64,000 nt of DNA from Plasmodiophora brassicae (GCA_036867785.1 CP145423.1:558001-622000); one strand, 5' to 3'; counted from the first letter of the stretch, positions 1 to 11,006 are shown. The notes: generated from the sequence alone by a model not told the origin. Made by a program: numbers and translations.

Positions 1-1
1 G

Positions 2-1522
2 TACCAGCGGCCGGCTCTGCTGGACGACATTGGCGCCTGCTCGCTGATGTTCGCCTACGATCGTTGCTGGGCGCTGGACGCCGCCGAGCGGATGTTCCTG
101 GAGCGGTGCGCCGTGTCGGCACCGACGACGGCGATGCTCCACGTGATGATCGTGGCGTACCGGCGCCATGGGCGCCTGGGTGTCGCCGTCGACACGTTCG
201 AGCGCATGAAGGCGTCCGGGGTGCCGATCCCCGACAGGACACGCCAGAACATGCTCTGCGTGTATTCCAAGGCGGGCCTGGTTGACGAGGCGCTGGACCT
301 GTTCCGGTCGGCGACGACGAACGTTGACACGTCCGCCTTCGTCATGCTGGTGCAGGCGTGCGCGCGGGATCGTCCCGCGCTCGCCGACCTGCACCGGCAC
401 GCCATGGAGCGGTCGCTGATGCGTCAGGACGACGTTCTGGTTGCGTTCGTGTCCGCGTACCAGCACGCGGGCGACCTGCCCGCTATCCAGAACCTGCAGG
501 CGTATGCGTCGGGGACGCTCTTCTGGCAGCACGATGCGGTTCGCAGCGCGTTCATCCTGGCGTACGCGTACTGCAGCAGTATCGACCTGGCCGAACGCGT
601 GTTCGACGACCGGCGCGCGTCCTGCCTGACGTCCATGGTCGCCGCGTACGCCCAGCACGGGCTCCTGCCGGAAGCCATGGGCGCCTTCCGTCAGTTCACA
701 GGGGCCGGGTTGCGGCCGAACAGCAACGTGATCGGGCACCTCCTCCAAGCGTGCGCCCGTGCTGGCGCCCTGCACGAGGCAGCGGATCTCGTCTCGGCGC
801 ACGGTGCCCATTGGGCGCCGGGCCATGCCGTGCACGTCGTCGACCTGTACGGCAGGATCGGCGACCTGGACCACGCCGAGCGCCTCGCTGCCGACGACCT
901 GCTGTCGCTGATGACCGTTCTCGCCGCTTGCCGATCGCACAAAGACGTGGCTCGTGCCGAACGCGTTCTGGGCCGGATCCGATCGACGGCGCTGTCGCCG
1001 GCGAACGTGCTGGCGGCCGCCTACCGCATCATGTCGGACGTGTACGCGAGCGTTGGCCGTGCTGGCGATGTCGCCCAGCTGCACGACGAGATGCGGGCGA
1101 GGAACCTGACGGTTGTCCCCGGGAGGACCACGGTCATCGTCGACGACCGCGCCGTGCACTTCCGGTCCGGCGACGACGCACACGACCCGAACCTTCGCGA
1201 CGCCCATCGACGTCTGATGAAGGACCTCGAAGCGCACGGGTACGCCACTGACCCGTGCACGGTCGTGTCCAGCGAATCGCCGCTGGACGCGCGACGATCC
1301 GTTCGCGGGCACAGCGAGAAGCTCGCGCTAGCGTTCGCGCTCAGCGCCCCTCTGCCGGCGGGCGCCCCGATCCGCCTGGCGAAAACCACACGGGTCTGCC
1401 CCGATTGCCACGACGCCGCCAAGCGCGTCTCCCAGATCTACGACCGCGACGTCTACCTGCGGGACGAACGACGGCATCACCGGTTCCGGGACGGCCAGTG
1501 CTCCTGTGGAGACGTCTGGTAG
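2..1522 (+). CDS. Pentatricopeptide repeat protein with C-terminal DYW-type deaminase domain (5' end lies before the window)
   Basis: Frame is open from position 2. It carries PPR-like helical repeats (e.g. LTSMVAAYAQHGLLPEAMGAFRQF), an E-like region, a PG box (VPGRTTV), HSEKLA, CPDCH and the terminal HHRFRDGQCSCGDVW. Confidence 0.93.
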   Translation, partial: YQRPALLDDIGACSLMFAYDRCWALDAAERMFLERCAVSAPTTAMLHVMIVAYRRHGRLGVAVDTFERMKASGVPIPDRTRQNMLCVYSKAGLVDEALDLFRSATTNVDTSAFVMLVQACARDRPALADLHRHAMERSLMRQDDVLVAFVSAYQHAGDLPAIQNLQAYASGTLFWQHDAVRSAFILAYAYCSSIDLAERVFDDRRASCLTSMVAAYAQHGLLPEAMGAFRQFTGAGLRPNSNVIGHLLQACARAGALHEAADLVSAHGAHWAPGHAVHVVDLYGRIGDLDHAERLAADDLLSLMTVLAACRSHKDVARAERVLGRIRSTALSPANVLAAAYRIMSDVYASVGRAGDVAQLHDEMRARNLTVVPGRTTVIVDDRAVHFRSGDDAHDPNLRDAHRRLMKDLEAHGYATDPCTVVSSESPLDARRSVRGHSEKLALAFALSAPLPAGAPIRLAKTTRVCPDCHDAAKRVSQIYDRDVYLRDERRHHRFRDGQCSCGDVW

Positions 1523-1708
1523 CGCGTTGACAATAATAAGCAGTCGACATCATCAGTCCGGGTGGAGTGGCACAACAACACAGGGTACTGTACATACGTT
1601 GGCCTTGCCGGGGACGATGGGGCTGGGACGGTCAGCGATCCGGAAGGTACCCACAGTCAGACGGGCGTATTTGGGCGGTGGTGGCGTGGACCGTCGTCGA
1701 CGACGCCC

Positions 1709-2410
1709 ATGTCGTGTCCGGCCCCTGACTTTGAGGGCGCCTATCGCCTCGTGCACGGCCAGCTGCTGGCGCTGCCGCCGACCCTGTCGTACCATTCGAT
1801 TCACCACACGTTCCAGGACGTGCTGCCGTGCTGCATCCAGCTGGCCCAGGAAGAGGGCCTGACGCCTGAACGGACGCTCCTCGTCAAAACCGCTGCGCTC
1901 TTCCACGACACAGGGTACGCGTTGCCGCGTGTTCGGAACCGGCCGCCAGCCTCACCACATGCACGCAGGTTCCTTGACCAGTACGACAAGAACGAGCCGT
2001 TCGGCGTGGAGCGGGCAAGGAAGTACCTGCCGCAGTTCGGGTACTCACCGCAGCAGATCGACGAGATCGCCAAGATCATCATGGTGACGGAGTGCATCGG
2101 GCCGGGGCACCAGGACCCCGGCGACGACATCTGCTGCCGGATCATGTGCGACGCCGACATGTACTCGATCGGGTCGGACTGCTACTTCCACAGGGCCGAA
2201 GGCCTGCGGCTGGAGATCATGCGGGTGAAGAAGAAGGTGCTGCCCGCGCGCGACTGGCACATCCGGAACCTGGACATGGTGAAGAACCACCACTTCTTCA
2301 CCGAGTCGGCGGAGCGGATCCTCGGGCCCGTGAAGCGCCAGAACATCGCCGAGATCGGCGCTCTGCTGTCCCGGGAACCGCAGACGACGACGACGACGGC
2401 TAAGCAATAG
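1709..2410 (+). CDS. HD-domain metal-dependent phosphohydrolase
   Basis: Motifs YHSIHHT, AALFHDTG and CDADMYSIG. Removing an in-frame 54-nt GT..AG intron (1915-1968) gives HDTGFLDQYDKNE. Confidence 0.85.
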   Translation: MSCPAPDFEGAYRLVHGQLLALPPTLSYHSIHHTFQDVLPCCIQLAQEEGLTPERTLLVKTAALFHDTGYALPRVRNRPPASPHARRFLDQYDKNEPFGVERARKYLPQFGYSPQQIDEIAKIIMVTECIGPGHQDPGDDICCRIMCDADMYSIGSDCYFHRAEGLRLEIMRVKKKVLPARDWHIRNLDMVKNHHFFTESAERILGPVKRQNIAEIGALLSREPQTTTTTAKQ

Positions 2411-2503
2411 AACGCCGCTGTGGATGGTATCGATTCGCCGGAGCCATGCACATGGGGGCAGGGAAATACATTGTTTGAGATATGGCACCGCGCGCCGGCG
2501 CCG

Positions 2504-3613
2504 TCATTGGTGTAGGTGCTTGAGGACGCGCATGACTTCTTCGTACGCGAAGAACGTCAGCGCCGAGCTGGGAACGGTCTACAACGCGCGATGTCAACAA
2601 CGTTCGGGGCTTCGACGCGGGCGAACGCTCGCGCGACCTTCAGCAGTTGTGGCAGGAGCCCACGGTAGAAACCTTTGAAGCCGTCGTGCTTGTAGATGTG
2701 TGCCCAGACATCTCGCGTCGACTTGTACAGGTACGGGCTGCTGTTCCCTGCGGGCTGGTTCGTGGGCAGTTGCCGCTGGTACAATCGTGCCTTCGTGACC
2801 TGCAGCGGGTACGTCGCCGTGCTACTGAACATCTTGGCGACACCGCCCATGGCCAGGAAGTGCCCGGAATTCAGCTGGTCCTCATCGCGATCTGCCACGA
2901 AGTGCTCCAACGCCAAACGCTATGGATAAGGCGCGTCAGAACCAGCGTTCGCAGGCGCGAGCGAATGGGGACCTTCAGCTGCTCGTAGGCCATGAACTGA
3001 AGGGCGCCGTTCGATACGAGGGTCAGCGCAGCACCAAGCCCTCGGTACAGGGCCAGGAAGCCCTCTTCGCGTGTGATCCGCCTGAACGCGTCGACCATGC
3101 CCGTGTAATCGTGGCTGTTCGCGTTGCCAGACCGGAACTGGAGTTGCAGTCGCGTCTTGACCATCCAGATCCTGTCAGCACTGGGTCAGGGCGCGCGTGT
3201 GCTCTGAAACGCGAACAGGTCACGGACGGGTTCGTCAGAAAGCAGGTGGCGACGCCTGCAACGGCGGCGCTGGACAGGTGGTGCAACGGTCCCAGCGGTT
3301 GATCCGGCCCTCGATGTTCCACCCACAATCGTTTCGCGATGTTATAGAACCCAAAGTACGCGCCCCATGCGACGCCGGACCCGACCAGGTTGGGCCACAG
3401 GCCGATATACAGCGCCGACACGCCTTCCTGCCTAACAATGGTCGGGAACGCAGACAGGAACCCGTTGTAGGTCAGGCCGGCCGCCAGCCCCGACCGCTGC
3501 ACCTGCATGCGCGTCTTGACGAGGTCGAGCGGCTGCAGGATGGACTTGGAGAACACACCGGACACGACACCCGCCACCGCGTGCTGCCAGGGCAGCGTCG
3601 TGTCCAACGGCAT
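2504..3613 (-). CDS. Mitochondrial carrier (SLC25) protein, folate/FAD carrier-like; multi-exon
   Basis: Carrier signatures PLDLVKTRMQ, NP|IWMVKTRLQ and YPLQVTKARL, plus GFKGFYRGL. Last exon ends VPSSALTFFAYEEVMRVLKHLHQ*. Confidence 0.9.
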
Positions 3614-3812
3614 CGGCGTGGCCCCGGCCCCCCGTGCGGCAACTACACACCGACTGCAGCGCAGTGCCACTGCTGTCCCAGTCGCGCACTGGACGCAGTC
3701 TCCCACTCTCGCGCGCCCTGACCCGGCGCACAAAATAATGGATCGATGATGCAGATCATCACCCCACACTGCCAGACGTATAGTAGCGGCGGCGGTCATT
3801 CTCGCAAAGCGG

Positions 3813-4847
3813 TCACGTTGATTGGATTTGTCGTTGGACCTCGTGGCGCAGCTGCCGGAGCAGGTGCGCCTCGCGAGCGGCGTACGAAGCGACGAGGTCG
3901 CGGGCGCGTTTCTCGTCGGCGAGCGCCTGCTGCAGGCGGTCGTGCAGAGCGGCGGAGCGCTGCTGTTCGGCGTGGAGTTCGGCCTCGAGGCGTTCGCCGG
4001 CGAGCGCCTGCGCCTCGAGGATTTCGATCTCGGCGGCGACGGCCTCGAAGTCGTCGAGGGCGACCTGGCCACGGTTCTCGCGCAGCTGCTCGACCTGGAT
4101 CGCCGCGTCACTGCATGAGCAACGCGTTGGCTAGCGTGGGTTAACCCGTACCTTGCTGATAATATGCTTGGAGGCGCAGAGCCGGCTGTGGAGCACTTCC
4201 TGGTCGATTTCCTCGTGCAGCTCGGACAGGCGCTGCTCCAGGCGGTCGTTGCGCTGGCGTGTCAGACGCAACTGTTCCAGGGTCTCCCAGGACCGCTCCA
4301 GCAGGTCGGTCTTTTCTTCACGAAGCAGTCGGCACTTATTGCTGACGTCTTCGAGTTGCCTCTCAAGGGTCGACATGCGCTGTGCTGCCCCGCACGCCTT
4401 CTCGGCGACTGCTTCCAGCTCCTTGCGTCGGGTTTGCAGAGATTCGACCTCCTGGGCAAGCGCGTCGGCTCTGTGGTTGGCGACCTGGACCGCGTTCTGC
4501 AGGGTGGCGACTGTTTCGCCGAGGAACGCATTCTCAGTCAGGACGGCGTCCAGTCGGGCTGAGCGAGGGCAGTTCGCCGCTGTGCACTGCTGCTGAGCCT
4601 GCCTCTTTGCCTTCGTCGTCGACGCAGACGTCATCGCCCGCCTAGCATCACAGCTGGCAACTTTCCTGGGGCACATGCACTCTGCTGTTCCCGCGTGCAA
4701 CAGCCGCTGACGTGCAGTCACAGGCAATCGACGCAGCGGGCTCCACTGCACCAGGTGAACCCACTCATCGGACAGTAACCTCCCGTTCAGCAAGGACGTA
4801 AATCCCAACCCGAAGGAACGCGCAATCGGCTTGAAGACCTGTGGCAA
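3813..4847 (-). CDS. Hypothetical coiled-coil protein (spliced; 5' end unresolved)
   Basis: E/Q/L/R-rich heptad sequence in ORF 4131-4847 continues after a short intron into ...QVEQLRENRGQ...HEVQRQIQST* (stop at 3813). Confidence 0.55.
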
Positions 4848-5137
4848 CTTGGCGAGGAATTAACCGCCTTCGGCGCAGCTTGTTCGCCCCGGTTTCCTGT
4901 CGAGTGGACAGAAACCCGCTATCGATCTCCGATCCGCACGATGAGGTCAACGTGAGCCCAACGCCGACTAGACCCAGCAAAGCATGTCATCTGACGTCCA
5001 CAATTCGCTTACCTAGCAATATGTGGAGTGTGGCGAACCCATCGATACGGATGGCAGCAGCAGTAGATTGTTTTATCAGCGACGCGCCGTTGCCTAGAAT
5101 GCTGAGCACAGTAGGTCGTGCGACAGGTGGGGCAACT

Positions 5138-5989
5138 TCAAGAGGAGGATTCTGTCTTGAATTGCTCTACGAGTAGTTGGTCGAGAGACTGATCATCATC
5201 ATCGTCGTCGTCGTCGTCGTTGTTGTCGCGCTGACGTTTCCGAGAAGCAGCCGGCATGTTCAATATGGCACATTTCGGTGTCCACTCGTCAAGGCGGGTG
5301 ACGTGCCCCATCTCATCGACCACCTGGCCGCGGAACATCCCTATAGCAGTGTCTGCTCTAGGAGCCCACGAGGCGAATCCCCCGTCAAGGGTACGCCCGT
5401 CCGACAGGACAGCACGGCCGCGACCTTCGAACCAACCCTGGCGCCACTGGCCCTTCAGGACCTGCCCGCCCGTATCGGACCACTTCCCCTGCCCATGTCG
5501 CTTGTCGTTGACCCAGTGCCCTTTGTACCGCCACCCATCTGCATGGCATGCTACGCCGTACCCGTCCTGCCTGCCGCATTTGTATCTCCCACGATAGCTG
5601 TACGACCCGTCGGTTGTCAGATACCGGCCTTCCCCATGACGCCTGCCGTTATGCCACTGCCCCGAGTACGTCCGTTGACCTGGAACGGTGAACCGCCCAC
5701 ACCCATGCGGGACCTTGACCTGGGCGGCGCCGTTCCACTGCTGGATGACATCGCCGCCGTATGTAAACCCTTCCGTGTTGTGGACCCAGTCCGAGCCGAG
5801 GCGGCGCCAATGCCGTTCGTCAATACAAACAGCAGGTACAGGCAGCTGGGGCGGCGAGGCGACTAGCTGCTGGGCAGGACGTCGCAGACCGTCCTCCTGC
5901 CCGGCCGCCTGCGGTTGACGAACAGTACCGGCGATAACGGCAGCGATGGCGGACAACGTCACGACCGCGATGGTGCCGCCAGCCTTCAT
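5138..5989 (-). CDS. MORN-repeat protein with N-terminal hydrophobic signal/anchor
   Basis: Repeated Y.G.W..G.RHG.G motifs (YSGQWHNGRRHGEG, YRGRYKCGRQDGYG, YKGHWVNDKRHGQG). N-terminus MKAGGTIAVVTLSAIAAVIAG; basic then poly-Asp tail. Confidence 0.85.
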   Translation of the reverse strand: MKAGGTIAVVTLSAIAAVIAGTVRQPQAAGQEDGLRRPAQQLVASPPQLPVPAVCIDERHWRRLGSDWVHNTEGFTYGGDVIQQWNGAAQVKVPHGCGRFTVPGQRTYSGQWHNGRRHGEGRYLTTDGSYSYRGRYKCGRQDGYGVACHADGWRYKGHWVNDKRHGQGKWSDTGGQVLKGQWRQGWFEGRGRAVLSDGRTLDGGFASWAPRADTAIGMFRGQVVDEMGHVTRLDEWTPKCAILNMPAASRKRQRDNNDDDDDDDDDQSLDQLLVEQFKTESSS

Positions 5990-6149
5990 CCCGCTTCGCT
6001 GTCGCAAGGAGGTGGGCGTCGTCAACTGACGCGACCGGCGTTTGCGGCTGCACTCCTTTTGGTGTCGCTAATTGTGTCGTCCGAGCCAGCACATGATCAG
6101 CCCACTCAGCAAGAAACGCTTCGGCGCTCTGGCAAGACGTTCCCTGTCG

Positions 6150-6620
6150 ACATGTTTCGCGCGTACCGGACACCCAGCACGGCGATTGGCGCTGGTGTTG
6201 ACGTCACGATGGATCAGGGACACCATCATAGCTGCTGACAACGCGCGCTGGCCCTGCGTATATGGCTACAGAGGAACACGCGTTCTGACTTCCATGCGTT
6301 CCGCGCCATGGGGTTTTCATCATCATTCCCACGGCGAAGCGGTTCCGAACTCGCGAACGCCGGCCGACTCCATTGTTTCATCGACACCCTGTACAGAGCA
6401 AGCGTAACGACGTCATTTATTGCTGTACCTGTACACAATTTCGACGATCCGTGTTGCCTCTAGCGTCTCCGGCTGCTGGATCCTGAAAAGAGCACCGACA
6501 TTGTGGACTGGGCAACTCCACGTCTGCGCGCAGGCTATACCTGGTGGGGAACCAGGCACCAAACCGTCGCGCCTGTTTACGGTCGGACCTTCCAGTAGAT
6601 GCTTGACTGACGTTGAACAC
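6150..6620. repeat. Diverged non-coding repeat related to 8150-8340, 10780-10965 and 13405-13790
   Basis: Shared blocks gtttcgcgcgtaccg, gatggatc.ggg, ggccctgcgta..tggcta..gaggaacacgcg and cattgtggact. Confidence 0.7.
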
Positions 6621-6918
6621 TACCGCGCCATCACCCTCCTCGTCGTCTACCGGGTCTACCTGCTGCTGCAGAACGCCGCCCTACGGGTATACTTCGACGT
6701 GCTCCCCGGCAAGGACGCCATGTTCGCCACGTCCAACAAAATCGGGGTCGCCATGGAGGTAGTCGGGAACGCGACAATGAGTGCCCAGTCGTGCGAATCG
6801 TGACCGCTGACCTTTGTGTGCGCAGATCGTTAACTTCGTCATGGTGAATCGCGTAGAGCGACAGAGGAGAGGGATATCGTCTACCGAGGTTGCTGCCATC
6901 AGGGCGCTCGAATCATGA
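6618..6918 (+). pseudogene. 3' fragment of a membrane-protein gene (two exons, no evident 5' part)
   Basis: Coding-like, C-ending codons give HYRAITLLVVYRVYLLLQNAALRVYFDVLPG...VAME, then an intron ~6759-6825 with ctgac branch, then IVNFVMVNRVERQRRGISSTEVAAIRALES*. Confidence 0.4.
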
Positions 6919-7308
6919 GCACAGTTCAATAAACTGTTCCAAATGATCATTCCCCGTCAGAATTGCCCTGATCCGGGTCACCACGTCTGCCACCGGACCG
7001 TTCGCCTGGAAATCCTCGTGTGTATGGTCCCCCATCATTGCATGATTTACCACTGATCGGGCACAAAGCCTCCCCGCTCGCGTTCATCACCTGGCCGCCT
7101 GCCGGATGGGCAGCGCTGGCGTTCCCAGCAGTTGGGAATGGATCTCGATCCGTCCGCCAGAACGTGGGATCGGGGGGCGGTCCAGGTAGCGTAAGAGGGC
7201 GCTCACGAATCTCGTTCCTTGTTCCGTTCGGCCGATCGGCCGACGGGGGGTGCCTGTCACCCCGACGCAACGTTATTTCGATAGTGGTCGTCGACCGGAC
7301 GCGACAAG

Positions 7309-7959
7309 ATGCACGCGATCAAGGCTGGAGCGCTGGGCTTCGTGGCGGGACTCGCGATCCGCGAGCTCATCGAATGTACGGGGGAACAGTGTGCACCAGG
7401 TGGCGCTGCTCCTGCTGACTGTTGCCACGTGCGCCTCATAGGCTGGCGTCGACGACACCGCCCGTCACCGCGTGTCGTCGCGTCATCGACCGTCGCGCCC
7501 CTGGCACCAGCTGTGCCAACTGTCAAACCGGCACCGCCGGCGCCCCCTGCCCCTGCTGTACGCGCACCACCACCAGCACCCCCTGCGCCTGCAGTACGCC
7601 CACCACCGCCAGCGCCCCCTGCGCCTGCTGTACCCGTACCACCGACGGCACCACCTCAGGCGCCCGCTGTGCCACGTCGTGCTCCTGCCCAAGTGGAACC
7701 GCAGGGGCCAGCTCAACCGCGTACTGCATCGATCGCCAAGGCGAGCACGTCGTTGCTCGACGAGTTGCAAGCCGCAGTGAATCGCCGCCGCTCATCCACC
7801 AACAGCTGTGCCGACGCAAGCAACGCCTGCACCGGCTCGGTCACGTTCAAACCTCTGCCAGCGAAACAGGCGGCGGCCGGGGCGACGCCGGGCAACTTCC
7901 GAGACGAACTGGCACGCGCTATGCAACGTCGCCGAGCGTCGCTGGGCGCCGACGAATGA
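7309..7959 (+). CDS. Proline-rich protein with N-terminal hydrophobic segment, copy 1
   Basis: ATG 7309; probable in-frame 66-nt intron 7376-7441; PPPAPPAP repeats; two amphipathic helices ending in RRR. Frame conserved in three copies. Confidence 0.75.
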   Translation: MHAIKAGALGFVAGLAIRELIECTGEQCAPGGAAPADCCHVRLIGWRRRHRPSPRVVASSTVAPLAPAVPTVKPAPPAPPAPAVRAPPPAPPAPAVRPPPPAPPAPAVPVPPTAPPQAPAVPRRAPAQVEPQGPAQPRTASIAKASTSLLDELQAAVNRRRSSTNSCADASNACTGSVTFKPLPAKQAAAGATPGNFRDELARAMQRRRASLGADE

Positions 7960-8379
7960 GGAAGACGCCAGACATTATACAACTCCATACGTTGGACACG
8001 AAGCAAATGATGCTGTGTGATGAGGGCGTATGGTGCGTTGTAGAGTCCCCCTACAGGTCGCAGGTCCGGGCACGACCGCACCTATCAGGCGCGTGGTCGC
8101 CTGAGCCGACCTGGCCGTGCGCCGCTCGACGCGTTCGGCTACGTCTCTGCCGACACGTTTCGCGCGTACCGTACATACGTGAAACCATGAGGTGGTTAGC
8201 GCCCCGGTGCTGATGTCACGCTTCTGAATGTTTGTACAAGATGGATCGGGGCGCCATAGCTGCTGGCTGTCGGCGTTTGGTTAAGAGCGCACGCCCTGGC
8301 TCTGTGTACGGCTGTCGAGCAACACGTTGCGACTACCAGGCGCTCCGGCCCCTGTGAGGTTTCATCGGATCAGGCGACC

Positions 8380-8790
8380 GCGTGCCTGTCCGGTACGGCC
8401 ATGCCTGGACGTTTACATCCATGGGAACGCGTTCGCGAAAGCGTCCTACGTCTCATGTCGGCTATTAACATCCCTGACATGTCCCGTGTCCTCGCCGCTC
8501 ACGACCTGATACCCGCTCCCGTCGACGTTATGCTGTTGCGGTTCACGTTATCGTTGCATTTGCTCATTGGCGTTCGAGTTCAGCTTACTATGGGCACATT
8601 GCTACCGGACCTGAAGCAGCTCGATGCCTTGCTGCAATTGGAGAAGGTTGTGGCGCTCATCGTGATAAACGTTTACTGGTGGAGGAATCCTCTGGACCGA
8701 ATTCTCGCAATGATACGAATTCGGGGCACTCCCGTCATCGAGAACTGTGCGGAATCGTTTGATGGCCTGGCGTTCCGGGGCATCCTGGCG
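8380..8790 (+). pseudogene. Fragment of DegT/DnrJ/EryC1/StrS-type PLP aminotransferase, copy 1
   Basis: VRPCLDVYI...ASYV, a frameshift, then LMSAINIPDM...LIPAPVDV...PVIENCAESFDG. The family IED(C/A)A Asp is replaced by Asn and no C-terminal half follows. Confidence 0.6.
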
Positions 8791-9944
8791 ATGATGTGCG
8801 CTCAGCATGCCACGTACCCGGTCCAGTCATCGTCAGCGTATGCCCAGAAAGCGGGCAAGATGGTTGGCCCGTCCAATTAGGTTTGCAACCGTCTCTGCCT
8901 GACACATGAGTTGACGTATGCCGTCGTCGTAGGCATATTAGCCGTTCTGGACTGCCCGATGACAGCAAGACGTCACGGCCGACCGATACGACAGGACTAT
9001 GACGTCCGTTGCAGCAGCACTGAATCCTTCTTCAGTAGGATGACGGAGCCTATTTCCCTGCAATCGTCCGCTACATCTGGCCATGACGCCCCCCCTGCTA
9101 TCCCGTTGCCCCCTGAATCAGTTACCTCGGACGACTTCAGTTGCCACTGAAGAGCCTGTCCCCCGCTTGCGGTGGATCTGTCAGACGTCGTAGTCAGGAC
9201 GGCGCCTGCCCGTTTGACCTCGTATGTCGACATGTTGCTGGTCAACGCGATGACAGTTTCATGGGTCGTTCTCCAGCCGGTGGTGCCGTACAACGGTCGC
9301 GCCCACGATAAACTCGCGGTACATACAGGTTGACGATCGTGTGAGCGGCCGGCCCGGGTCGAACCTTCCTGCCTTCGTCGCTGATGAGCCGTGCCTGCAG
9401 GGCGTATGTGGAGCAGTCTTCCCCAGCAGTCGAGCGTCGAGTGCCGCCTGCCGTCTGGACACGGCGCGTTCGACCTCGTTTCGGATTTGAGCACGTCCGG
9501 GTCAGGATAGCGAGAATGCGACTGGATCGAGAATCGGGTCAGTACGTCGGTCAGCTGGCTCCACGCCAATGCCCGCGTTGTCGCATGGCGCTTCCCTTCC
9601 CCATCGGTCGCAAGCCGCCTGCGAAGACGTCGTTCGTCTGTAAATCCTCGTGTGTGTGTGGCCCGTCATCGTAGCACGGTATAGGAGAGATCGGGCACAA
9701 AGCTTCCCCTTTCGCGCCCACCACCTGACCGCCTGCCGGATGGGCAGCGCAGGCGTTCCCCAGGAATCGGGCATGGACCTCGTTCCGTCGGCCAGAACGT
9801 GGGATCGGCGAGGCGGTCCGGGTAACATAAGCAGGCGATCACGAATCTCGTTCCTTCTTCCGTTCGGCCGATCGGCCGACGGGGGGTGCCTGTCACCCCG
9901 ACGCAACGTTATTTCGATAGTGGTCGTCGACGAAGAGTAACAAG

Positions 9945-10586
9945 ATGCACGCGATCAAGGCTGGAGCGCTGGGCTTCGTGGCGGGACTCGCGATCCGCGA
10001 GCTCATGGAATGTACGGGGGAACAGTGTGCACCAGGTGGCGCTGCTCCTGCTGACTGTTGCCACGTGCGCCTCATAGGCTGGCGTCGACGACACCGCCCG
10101 TCACCGCGTGTCGTCGCGTCGTCGACCGTCGCGTCCCTGGCACCAGCTGTGCCAACCGTCAAACCGGCGCCCCCTGCCCCTGCTGTACGCGCACCACCAC
10201 CAGCGCCCCCTGCGCCTGCAGTACGCCCACCACCGCCGGCGCCCCCTGCGCCTGCTGCACCAGCACCACCGGCGGCACCACCTCAGGCGCCCGCTGTGCC
10301 ACGTCGTCTTCCAGCACAAGTGGAACAGCAGGGACCAGCTCCACAGCGTACGACATCGATCGCCAAAGCGAGCAGCACGTTGCTCGACGAGTTGCAAGCC
10401 GCAGTGAATCGCCGCCGCTCATCCACCAACAGCTGTGCCGACGCAAGCAACGCCTGCACCGGGTCGGTCACGTTCAAACCTCTGCCAGCGAAACAGCCGG
10501 CGGCCGGAGCGACGACGGGCAACTTCCGAGACGAACTGGCACGCGCTATGCAACGTCGCCGAGCGTCGCTGGGCGCCGACGAATGA
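9945..10586 (+). CDS. Proline-rich protein, copy 2 (chimera of copies 3 and 1)
   Basis: Paralogue of 7309-7959. The 5' part matches copy 3 and the last codons and 3' flank match copy 1. Confidence 0.75.
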   Translation: MHAIKAGALGFVAGLAIRELMECTGEQCAPGGAAPADCCHVRLIGWRRRHRPSPRVVASSTVASLAPAVPTVKPAPPAPAVRAPPPAPPAPAVRPPPPAPPAPAAPAPPAAPPQAPAVPRRLPAQVEQQGPAPQRTTSIAKASSTLLDELQAAVNRRRSSTNSCADASNACTGSVTFKPLPAKQPAAGATTGNFRDELARAMQRRRASLGADE

Positions 10587-11006
10587 GGAAGACGCCAGAC
10601 ATTATACAACTCCATACGTTGGACACGAAGCAAATGATGCTGTGTGATGAGGGCGTATGGTGCGTTGTAGAGTCCCCCTACAGGTCGCAGGTCCGGGCAC
10701 GACCGCACCTATCAGGCGCGTGGTCGCCTGAGCCGACCTGGCCGTGCGCCGCTCGACGCGTTCGGCCACGTCTCTGCCGACACGTTTCGCGCGTACCGTA
10801 CATACGTGAAACCATGAGGTGGTTAGCGCCCCGGTGCTGATGTCACGCTTCTGAATGTTTGTACAAGATGGATCGGGGCGCCATAGCTGCTGGCTGTCGG
10901 CGTTTGGTTAAGAGCGCACGCCCTGGCTCTGTGTACGGCTGTCGAGCAACACGTTGCGACTACCAGGCGCTCCGGCCCCTGTGAGGTTTCATCGGATCAG
11001 GCGACC

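Noticed and set aside
8997-9569. 190-aa minus-strand ORF (and copy 11624-12196)
   Set aside because: No recognisable motif, and it is conserved only because of the recent duplication. It may hide a gene fragment, but I cannot support a call.
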